In this document: positions 30,710-41,189 of the stretch, piece by piece
Position numbering within the stretch: the first letter of the stretch is position 1
Layout: each line of letters begins with the position of its first letter
DNA from: Malacoraja senta
Taxonomy: Eukaryota
Direction: 5' to 3'
DNA: 64,000 nt
Assembly: GCA_038087875.1 (NCBI GenBank)
Contig: JAXLNO010000627.1
Span: 248,001-312,000, forward strand
Notes under the pieces: generated by a model
The model's database searches: none
What the model was told of the DNA's origin: nothing
The model's input: only the letters and a program-made list of their open reading frames with translations
Translations under genes and position numbers: made by a program

Positions 30710-31795
30710 GACATGAGGGGGGAGGCCATTCGGCCCTTCAAGCCAGCACCGCCATTCATTGTGATCATGGCTGATCGACCCCAATCAATAACCCGTGCCT
30801 GCCTTCTCCCCATATCCCTTGATTCCACTAGCCCCTAGAGCTCTATCTAACTCTATCTTAAATCCATCCAGTGATTTGGCCTCCACTGCCCTCTGTGGCA
30901 GTGAATTCCACAAATTCACAACTCTCTGGGTGAAAAAGATTTTTCTCATCTCAGTCTTAAATGGCCTCCCCTTTATTCTAAGACTATGGCCCCTGGTTCT
31001 GGACTCGCCCAACATTGGGAACATTTTTCCTGCATCTAGATTGTGCAGTCCTTTTTATAATTTTATATGTTTCTATAAGATCCCCCTCATCCTTCTAAAC
31101 TCCAGTGAATACAAGCCTAGTCTTTTCAATCTTTCCTCATATGACAGTCCTGCCATCCCAGGGATCAATCTCGTGAACCTACGCTGCACTGCCTCAATCA
31201 CAAGGATGTCCTTCCTCAAATTAGGAGACCAAAACGGTACACAATACTCCAGATATGGTCTTACCAGAGCCCTATACAACTGCAGAAGAACCTCTTTACT
31301 CCTATACTGAAATCCTCTTGTTATGAAGGCCAACATTCCATTAGCTTTCTTCACTGCCTGCTGTACCTGCACGCCAACTTTCAATGACTGGTGTACAAGG
31401 ACGCCCAGGTCTCGCTCCACCTCCCGCTTACCTAACCTAACCCCATTGAGATAATAATCTGCCCCCTTGTTTTTGCCGCCAAAGTAGATAACCTCACATT
31501 TATCTATATAATACTGCATCTGCCACGCATCTGCCCACTCACTCAACCTGTCCAGGTCACCCTGCAACCTCCTAACATCCTCTTCACAGTTCACACTGCC
31601 ACCCAGCTTTGTGTCATCCGCAAACTTGCTAGTGTTGCTCCTAATTCACTCTTCCAAATCATTAATATATATGGTAAACAGTTGCAGCCCCAACACCGAG
31701 CCTTGCGGCACTCCACTCGCCACTGCCTGCCATTCTGAAAAGGACCCGTTCACTCCTACTCTTTGCTTCCTGTTTGCCAACCAAGTTTCTATCCA
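30710..31795 (-). mobile_element. CR1 LINE 3' fragment, near-identical family to 19100-20170
   Basis: ORF 31073-31594 nearly identical to the C-terminal part of ORF 19089-19820. Confidence 0.9.
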
Positions 31796-31909
31796 TATAA
31801 TACATTAATTGACAGTTCCCTAACCCAATCACAAAATACCCGATTTCATTGTTTCTACATAAAGTTCTAGTTGGAAGACAGTTCCCCTAAGTAAAGAAAT
31901 ATTTTACAT

Positions 31910-32575
31910 TACATCCCTGGTCAATTTGTCCCTTCCCACCCAAACCACCCCCTCTCCTGGCACTTTCCCTTGGAACCGCAGGAAATGCTACACTTGTCGC
32001 TTTACCTCCCCCTTTGACTCCATCCAAGGACCTAAGCAGTCTTTCCAAGTGAGGCAGAGGTTCACCTGCACCTCCACCAACCTCATCTATTGCATCCGCT
32101 GCTCTAAGTGTCAGCTGCTCTACATCGGTGAGACCAAGCGTAGGCTTGGCGATCGCTTCGCCCAACACCTCCGCTCCGTTCGCAATAACCAACCTGATCT
32201 CCCGGTGGCTCAGCACTTCAACTCCCCCTCCCATTCCCAATCTGATCTTTCTGTCCTGGGCCTCCTCCATGGCCAAAGCGAGTCTCACCGCAAACTGGAG
32301 AAGCAGCACCTCATATTTCGCTTGGGCAGTTTACACCCCAGCGATGTGAACATTGACTTCTCCAATTTCAGGTAGTCCTTGCTTTCTCCCTACTTCCCCT
32401 CCCCTCCCCAGCTCTCCCACAGCCCACTGTCACCGCCTCTTCCTTTCTTCTTCCGCCCCTCCCCCCACCCCCACATCAGTCTGAAGAAGGGTCTCGACCC
32501 GAAACGTCACCTATTCCTTCTCTCCATAGATGCTGCCTCAACCGCTGAGTTTCTCCAGCATTTTTGTCTACCTTT
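31910..32575 (+). mobile_element. Penelope-like element: GIY-YIG endonuclease C-terminus plus 3' repeat with hammerhead core
   Basis: ORF 31926-32375: NLIYCIRC..C..LYIGET.R.L..RF.QH, VAQHFN..H, RKLEKQHLIFRLG; CTGAAGAAGGGTCTCGACCCGAAACGTC at 32481-32508. Confidence 0.85.
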
Positions 32576-32589
32576 GAAACATTTTACCA

Positions 32590-33031
32590 CGTAACATAAA
32601 CAATTTGGGCAAGGCCCCTCTCCTTGACCAATCATAATTAACAGTGCAAACACCATGCAAGATCGTTAACAATACATTTACAACAGCCCATTCTGTAAAC
32701 ACAATCTGTAGAGCCGTGCATGTTCCTTTAACATAATGACCTCACCACTACTAACCACTCCCCATTATCTTCAGTATAATTGTAACCTTCCCACCCCTAG
32801 CTCCCTCTCGAGCTCTGGTGACGGACCACGAACAGCTAGGGCAATATGAGTGTATACGACTACAATGTATGCAATAAACTAAGAGTGAAGACACTACGTG
32901 TTTGACAAGTCTTTACATGGTGTCACAAAGTTGAACCCTGCGTCTCCTGTCTATCGGGTTTGTTTTGTTTTCTCCAAGTTTTTATCTTCCTTTCAAACCC
33001 TTTATGTACTATGGCCAGCTCGTGTCGTAAG
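32590..33031 (+). mobile_element. Gypsy LTR 3' end, PBS and start of gag, truncated
   Basis: AATAAA at ~32873; ..TTACA end at 32917; TGGTGTCACAAAGT resembles a tRNA-Leu PBS (TGGTGTCAGAAGT); ATGGCCAGCTCGTGTCGTAAG (MASSCRK) at 33011. Confidence 0.5.
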
Positions 33032-35334
33032 TGTTGACGTCGTATGCAGCGTCTTGACGTCGTACACAGTGTCTTGACGGCACACACCTAGCGCGTGGTG
33101 TTGCGCGATGACGTCAGGCAGCCCCCCCTGGCAACCGCGAGTTGCGGGAACAGACCCAACGGGTCTGCACTTGGTCTAGTAACTATTAAAACTCTGTGTG
33201 TGTGTGTGTGTGTGTGTGTGGGCGGGTGTGCGTGTTTGTGGGTGTCAGATTTGGCCTTTGATTCCTTGGTCCGCCAAAACCACACGCGAAAACTCTGAGA
33301 TTTTTTTTCAATTTCGCTAGACATTACACTTTTACATCCCCTAAGACACTCCTCATTAAATTTCGTCGTTTTTATGTACACATTTTAAATAAAATCCTCC
33401 CCCCCCCCCGAACCACTAATTTTTTTTGAATCCAGCTGGCCAGCGAGCTGCTGCATGACTCACAGTGCCATCACAGATGTCCAATCACAATGGATCTCAT
33501 TTACCTATGATACGACATCACAATGGGTCAGGGCTAGGAGATTGGAACCTTCACGTGAGCCCACTAACATCAAACAGCTGCTGCACGAGTCACAGAGCCA
33601 TCTCACAGATGTACAATCACAATGGATCTCATTGGGACAGGTGCGGGTGATTGGAACCTTCACGTGATCCCACGAATGCAATCAACCTGGCGTGCACAAT
33701 CAAATAGAGCAAGTTGTCATACCCCCTCCCTATCTACCCCCCTCCCTATCTACACCCCTCCCTATCTATCCCTCCCTATATACCCCCTCCCTCTCTACCG
33801 CCCTCCAGTCCCCCTCCACTTCTACCCCTCCTATCCTCCCCCCCTCTCCTCTCCTCCATCCCCTCCTGTTCTCCCCCCCTCCATCTCTCCCCCTCCTCAT
33901 CTCTCTCCCCTCCACCTCTCCCCTCCTATTCTCTCCCCCTCCAACTCCCCCTCTCCAACTCCCCCTCTTCTCTCCCCCCATCTCCTCCAACTCGCCCCCT
34001 CCTCTCCCTCCCCCATCTCCCCCCATCTCCCCTGTACTCTCTCTCTCCCTCTATTCTCTCTCTTCCCGTCCCTCCCTCCCCGTGCCTTTTCCCCTCTCCC
34101 CTTCTCTCTCCCCCTTCTCGCTCCCCCCTTCTCTCTCCCCGTCCTCTCTCTCCCCCTCTTCTCTCTCCCTCTCCTCTCTCCCCATCCAATCTCTCTCCGC
34201 CTCCCCCTCTCCCCCCTCCTCAACCCTCCTTTCTCCCTCCCCCTCCCCTCTACCCCCCTCCACATCGTATTCTCCTCCCCCTCTCCACCCCCCTCTCCAC
34301 TCCCACTCTCCACCCTCCCCATCACCTCACCCCCTCTTTTCTCCCCCACCTCCCCCCTCCACCTCTCCCTCTCCTCTTCACCCTCCAACTCTCTCCTCCT
34401 CTCCTCCCCCCTCCAAGTCTCCCCTCACCTCTCCTCTCACCCCCTCACTCACCCCCTCCTCTCTCTCCCCCTACCTCCCCCTCTCCCATCTACTCGCTCT
34501 CTCCCCTCTAATCTCTGTCTCCCCTCTAATCTCTTTCTCCCCATCCGTCCCTCCTTTCCACCCCCATGCCTTTCTCCCACTCCCCCTTCTCTCTCCCACT
34601 CCTCCTTCTCTCTCCCCCTTCTCTCTCGCCCCCCTTCTCTCTCTCCCCCCTTCTCTCTCTCCTCCCTTCTCCATTTCACCCTCCTCTCTCCCCCTCCTCT
34701 CTCTCCCCCTCCACTCCCTCCTTCTCCTCTCTCCCCCAATCTTTCCCCACCTCCCCCCTCTCCACCTCTACCACCCTCTGCCCCCCTCTCCCCCACTCTG
34801 CCCCCCCTCCTACCCTCCTCCACCCTCCACCTCTTATTCTCCTCCCCTTCTCCACCCTCCCCTCCCCTTCCCCTCCACCTCTCCCCCTCCTCCTCTCCCC
34901 CCTCCACCTCTCCCCCCTCCACCTCCCCCCCTCCTTTTCTCTCTCCCTTCCAACTCTCCCCCTCCCCTCTCCTCCCTCCCCTCATCCCCTCCTCTCTCTC
35001 CCCCCACCCCCTCTACTCTCTCTCCCCTCTAATCTCCCTCTACTCTCCCCTCCCCCTCTTCTTCCCCCCTCCCCTTCCCCTCCACCTCTCCCCCTCCTCC
35101 TCTCCCCCCTCCACCTCTCCCCCTCCACCTCCCCCCCTCCTTTTCTCTCCCCCCTCGAACTCTCCGTTCCAACTCTCCCCCTCCCCTCTCCTCCCTCCCC
35201 TCACTCATCCCCTCCTCTCTCTCCCCCACCCCCTCTACTCTCTCTCCCCTCTAATCTCCCTCTACTCTCCCCTCCCCCTCTTCTTCCCCCTCTTCCCCTC
35301 CCCTCTCCCCTCCCCTTCCCCTCCCTTCTCTAGT
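33032..35334 (-). mobile_element. Helentron-like element(s) in minus orientation, including a ~1.6-kb CT-rich low-complexity tract
   Basis: ACTTGGTCTAGT (reverse complement of the ACTAGACCAAGT start) at ~33169-33180 abuts another unit's end (AACTATTAAAACTC); internal repeats at 33450-33700. Confidence 0.5.
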
Positions 35335-35709
35335 CTTTTGCTAAGTTTTGATAAGTCCATTGATAAGTTAGTTCAAGTGGAGGGTCAGGCAGAGGTTTCA
35401 AAAAAAATATCTCATAGTCATTAAGTCTGCATGGACTTCAATTCATAAAATTTCAACCTCTTCTTAATGTTAATGAAAATAACACTGTTACTACCATAGA
35501 TAAATTAGTTCAAGTTCACATACACCTATTCATTTCTACATAAGCATCAGCCATTTCTGACCATTTCTCACTCCAATGGCAGCCTATAAAGTGCATGAAT
35601 ATTCCTCCGAGATTAGATGTTAAAGACTTATTACACTACAACAAGCGGGCATTAGTGAAAATATTTAATTTACCTTGCTATGGATACACATAGTTTAGAC
35701 CCTCAACTT

Positions 35710-36005
35710 GATGAATGAATGAATGAGTGAGGGAATGAGTGAATGAATGAGTGAATGAATGAGTGAATGAAAGAGTGAATGAAAGAGCGAATGAAAGAGT
35801 GAATGAAAGAGTGAATGAATGAGTGAATGAATGAGTGAATGAAACAGTGAATGAAAGAGCGAATGAAAGAGTGAATGAAAGAGTGAATGAAAGAGTGAAT
35901 GAAAGAGTGAATGAAAGAGTGAATGACTGAATGAATCAACGAGTTAAGTGAATGAATGAGTGAATGAATGAGTGAATGACTGAATGAATGAATGAATGAG
36001 TGAAT
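35710..36005. repeat. (TGAA)n-derived microsatellite
   Basis: GAGTGAATGAAA and TGAATGAA units. Confidence 0.95.
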
Positions 36006-37068
36006 GTACAGCCTCCAAATCTCATTTTTTCACATTATAAAGGGTGCAATTAAATTAATTAAATTCCATACAGATTAATTTTCATAAATTCAGACTTTAG
36101 ATCTTACCTTTCAGTTCATTGATTCACAAAGTTTGACTGGTTTCACAACTTTGTGTTGCAGCATCTCAGCAGCGACTTTGCTTTCAAGGCTTTGTTCCAC
36201 TTCTATCCACTTAGCTGCACATTCTTCAGACTTCTTAATGCTTTTCTCACTAAATTCAATTACCCTGCTGCAAGTTTCCACGACATGTATTCCACATAAC
36301 TAGAAAGAACCTTCATCGGATTCTCCAGTAAAACAGGCATCAGTGAAGCCCTCTCACCCATGTTGTGTGCTCCCTGCCTAGCTAGCCTGAAACAAAGCAC
36401 GTGATTGGCCAACTGGCATACAACTCAATGTTAAATGTGCTTTGATTGGACTAAAAATACCCAGAAGATTTTCCGGTTTTTCTTTAATTTAATAAAAATG
36501 TGCAAGTCTTGCTCTCGACGAGTTTCAGGGGTGATTAATATAATATTTTTACACAATATGTGACAATTTCATGTAGTTTGGAGACTTGCGTCACGAAACA
36601 CTGGAATAAAGCTCCTCGGCCCACAGCCTAATAAGGTAGACACAACATGCTGGAGTAACTCAGCGAGATAGGCAGCATCTCTGGAGAGAAGGATTGGGTG
36701 ACGTTTCAGGTCAAGACGCTTCTTCAGACGGGTGACGAGAGTTGCACTTGAGCATAGATATTCCCATTGTTCTCTTCACCCTCCCATCCTCTCTGCCACG
36801 TAAAAAATCTGTGAGAAATACTAGATATTCCTAGAGATAGTAACTATGTTTCTCTCTCCGCAATTGGTGCCTGACTTGCTGAGCACTTCCAGTATTTCCT
36901 GTTTATATTTCAGATTTCCAGCATCTGCAGTTTAGTGCTTTCAGCTTTTAACAGTTCCTTTGCAAGTTTTCTTGATGGAATACACTATTACTTTATTGTT
37001 TTTCAATAAATTGGCATCTGGTCATCAACCTTGAAACTGCAAAATCATGTCCACAAAATAAAATCTAC

Positions 37069-37162
37069 CTGGAGTATCAACTATCCATCATGTTTCTTGA
37101 AGTACCAGCAGAGGATAATCATAAGGATTGCGATTATTACCAGAATCCCAAAGCCAACGGCC
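37069..37162 (-). pseudogene. MLANA: MLANA-like transmembrane exon (E-AVGFGILVIIAILMIILCWYFKKHDG*LILQ) with in-frame TAG at 37083-37081
   Basis: Strong acceptor CTCTTTTCTTCTTTTCAG; phase matches the previous exon; aligns to Melan-A EAAGIGILTVILGVLLLIGCWYCRRRNGY; donor CAG|GTAGAT. Confidence 0.7.
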
Positions 37163-39311
37163 CTGAAAAGAAGAAAAGAGATGTCAATTCATACCATTAT
37201 TCAAGTTTTGTCCACCCTCTGATTTATTTTTTAATGCAATTTTTAAATTAATTTCAATAATTACTAGCAAATTATTGCACATGAATCTTGATTAAATCTG
37301 ACTGTATTCTGGCATCTTGACACCGGTTAGGGAATATATAATGTAGTCACTTGAGCCTGAACTACCATTTCACTGTACGCTTATATCACAGCTGTTTTGT
37401 CAATTCTATCTACTTACTTTCATTTTGTAATATTAAATATAATTCCCTTTCATAAATCTCAGTCTTATTTAGGAAAGTAGGCCATCATATTTTCCTCCTT
37501 TTTTGGGGGTTGATAACCTGTTCTAGACTTTGATTAACTGTTGTGTGAAAAAGTGTTTTGTTATATTTCCCTAATATCTAGTTTAAAGATTATTTCTCCT
37601 TGCTCTGGATTCTTTGGACGGAAGATGTAGTTTATCTTTTATTAATCGTAAGAATTTTTTTCAAAATCTTCCTTTGATTTTCTTTTCCTTTGAAAACAAA
37701 GTATTATTATCTTTAGTCCTGTTAAACATTTTGGTTGCACACTGCCCAGGGTCAGTTTATGAACAATGGCCAAAGACTTTTAATGACAGAAAATTATTTT
37801 AACTTGACATGACTTTACCATAACAAATTAAACTCATCACATATCAAAATATTTGATTGAGAAAGAGAAGAGTCATAGACCTCTAGAACATACTTTTTGG
37901 CTCCAGTCTCTTTCCATAAATCCAGCAACGTTAATTTTATTCTTTAGAACAATTGAAGAAACCTGATGTGTGGGGAATCACCAATGCTTCAGATAAAATT
38001 ACGGTAAACCTACTTTTTTTTACAGCAGAGATCATTAAATAATAAACAAATTGGGAAAATTATTGTGAAAAAAAGTGTTGATTAGATTAAAAGACTTCTA
38101 GTTTCCATATATAATTTTACAAGGAAAATTCCTCTTGGTATTTTTGTTTAAAAGGTAGTATCATTTTGTACTCAAGCTGCAACATTTCCATCGTCTTTTT
38201 TAGTCATACTGACCTGTCTTTGATATTGCACTAAAGCATTTTTTTTAATTGTTGGACTGAAATAAATAATCTCCAAAAAGCCATGCTAAAAATGGGTCTT
38301 CGTGACATATGATTTATGTCAGCTTTGCTTTATACGAGATTCTAGACCAATCAAGATGTTGGATAAGAAGGGTCTTGACCCAAAATGTCACCTATTCCTC
38401 CTCTTCAAAGATGCTGCCTCACCCGCTGAGTTACTCCTGCATTTTTGTTCAACCTTCGATTTCATCAGCATCTGCAATTCCTTGTTAAACACAACGTGAT
38501 GCTGGGTAATGTGAGTGCAGCTCTAGGTACCAAAGTTACATTTGTTCCACAGTAACAAAAGGGCTTATTTCCTGATTTGTTCTTCAGTCTCAATATATAA
38601 TGTTCTCATCTTTCATGTTTGTAATTTCATGGGAAATATGTCAGAATGTAACATTTATAGCACAGAATCAGGTCATGCAGCTGAACAGATATATGTTGGT
38701 ATTCCACAGTTCCATTCTCTAGCTTTGTTTTATCTTGTTCCATCAACACTTGCTATTTCAGTCTTCCCTGTGGACTTAACTGACATCCTTAAATATAACC
38801 ATTTTAATAAGGAGACACTGTCAATACATGTTTTACCTTGTAGTAAAATATTGTCATAACAAGCTATGTTTCAATAAACACATATAATAACACATTCCTT
38901 CGGCAAAGCTACTAATTTTGCATGGGTAGCTGCACAATGATAATTCATGGCAATAACATTTTGATTCCAGTCCCCTTCCATTAATCCAGCAATGTTACTT
39001 TAATCTATAGAACAATTGAAGAAACCTGCTGTATGGGGAATCGCCAATGTGTCAGATAAAATTACTATAAACCTACTTTATTTTTACAGCAGAGATCTTT
39101 CAAATATCAACTCCTTTTGTAATTTACAGATAATTGTTAGAATCAGACCTTGTCTGAGACAGTACATGAATAAAATTAACAAGAAAATAGTTTAACGGCG
39201 TTTAAATACAGTCAGTGAATAATATTAATGCATTAAGTTAGTTCACAAATAGTGAAGGAGAAAAAGTGATTAAAATACTTGGATTCTCAATCAAAGAATA
39301 TTCAAACTTAC

Positions 39312-39385
39312 TCTTTTAATTTTAGGTAAAATCCATCTTCCCTCGAACCAAAAACTCTGTACAGAATGTAATCAGTTCTGGGCAT
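39312..39385 (-). CDS. MLANA: MLANA-like first coding exon (MPRTDYILYRVFGSREDGFYLKLK + GA)
   Basis: Acceptor TTTTTTGCTTCTTAG at 39401-39402; ATG at 39385; donor GA|GTAAGT in phase 2; MPR start, length and phase match the mammalian Melan-A first coding exon as recalled. Confidence 0.7.
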
Positions 39386-39666
39386 TTCTGTAGTGTCAGT
39401 CTAAGAAGCAAAAAAGGACAACCATCAAAGTGGTCCTGGAATAAATTCAACGGGATACATTTTCTGTTCCTAAGATCAGCGATCATTAGTAATGGCAATA
39501 AAAACTTCAATATCTCTCAGTGAAAACTCTTAATCATGTTATAAAATATGAATAGTCTCAATCACATAATTAAATGCTGAACAAATCTTGTACATTTAAT
39601 GATTCATTGAATGAATTAAAACTAAATCAAGACAAATTATTTTGATTGCACCAAAGAGTAACTTAC

Positions 39667-39843
39667 CCTTGCTAGAAGCTGGTGCTGACGTCCGATAAGG
39701 TCTAAATTCCAGGGCTGAGTAGTGATGGTATTTGCAATGTTGCTCCTTGTATTCTAACCCTAAAGTCCTGCATGGAATTCTCATGACTATCATGAGATAA
39801 AGGTCTGACCAGCAAGATTTTTGTTTTTCTCTTATTCACATGA
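39667..39843 (-). promoter_or_regulatory. Candidate non-coding first exon and promoter of the MLANA-like gene, with M-box
   Basis: Donor AAGG|GTAAGT at 39666; TCATGTGA (MITF-type E-box) at 39836-39843; TGACGTC at 39686-39692. Confidence 0.45.
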
Positions 39844-41189
39844 ATATTGACAGCAAACCAGCATGAAAAAAATGAAAACTGTCGGCATTTTCAAGCTTAA
39901 TCTGCCTATTTCACGGTCACAAGGCAGAAATTCAGTTCTAAAACCAAACAGCACCTCCCTGTGGCACTTTCTAACATATTACTACTTCCAGTGCTTGCTC
40001 TGTACGAGGCACACGTCCATTCAATTTGAAAGCTTTGTGCAAACATTTGTTTTCACTATTCCTGACCATGGGCTTTACTTTCTCCTTCTTTGTCTCCACC
40101 ACATTCCAGCTACCTTGGACATTAAGAATCCAGAATTCACACAGAAAATTACACACGCATATCAAAGCTCAAAACAAGACTTTTGTGACACTAACCCCAA
40201 GTATAATACTTGGCACAAGATCAAAAAGTCACAGCACCCATGGGATGGATGAATTATCTCGATGATGAAAATGAATTAAAGGGATTGTGCTGTCAGGAAA
40301 GAGAGTCAGAGCTGGTACATGTTTAGAAACAGCAGAGGCTGATTTATAACAAAATAAGACACAAAGTGCTGGAGGAACTCAATGGGTCAGGTAGCATGTG
40401 TAGGAATGAACTGCAGATGCTGGTTTACATCACAGATAGACACAAAATGCTGGAGTAACTCAGGGGGTCAGGCAACATCTCTGGAGAAGAGAATGGGTGA
40501 CGTTTGGGTCGACACCCTTCTTCAGACTCCCTGGAGGAAAGAGATAGGTGACATTTCGTGTCGGGACCCTTCTTCAAACTGTTCTATTAGCTGGTTTGTG
40601 TATATTTAGGTCCCTGAGAGATGTTCTGTGTGATTCCATCTTGAGTTAACAGCTAATTAGATTGCAGTGGGTCTCAAATATATGTAGTTGCCTCTCTTAG
40701 GGTTGCCTCTTTGCTTTGGTCAAGGAGCTTACGTGAACAAGATCGTGAGGACAAAACTTTCTGGAGCTCTGCTGCTGGCTGGGTTGCCATGATGGACAGT
40801 CGACGGAGAACATGCTGACAAAGAGTGGCCCAAAAAGAAGCCCACAACAGTGAAGCAGGTGCAGGGTGGTGGCTGGCCAGTAGGTGGAGCCTCACAATGG
40901 CTGCAAAGGCAAAAGACGGCTGTAGCAGGAAGAGACTCAACTCTCTTGGTGTCCACGATCTTTGGGCCTATGTCTGTCTTTGTTGTGTTGTGGCTGTCCA
41001 TGCACCGATCTTCCCATGTTAAAAGATGTCCCGCGCAGGCTTCCACCTGGAGGGACAGATCGTCTGCACATCTTTGTGAGAGATCTGTGGAGACCATGAG
41101 GAGGACAGTGATCATCTGGCATCTCCCAACCATGAACTGACACATGGGTGGTGGTTGTCAGATTTAGTCGCTGGATCACAAGATCCTTC

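Noticed and set aside
33622..35424. 600-aa and 446-aa Pro/Ser/Leu-rich ORFs
   Set aside because: Translation of CT-rich low-complexity DNA that lacks stop codons by composition
37948..38003. Plus-strand exon-like reading EQLKKPDVWGITNASDKIT resembling an Ig-domain start
   Set aside because: No Cys/Trp Ig pattern follows, stops occur soon after, and no partner exons were found
39863..40252. 129-aa plus-strand ORF
   Set aside because: No recognisable motif or splice support; overlaps the probable MLANA upstream region
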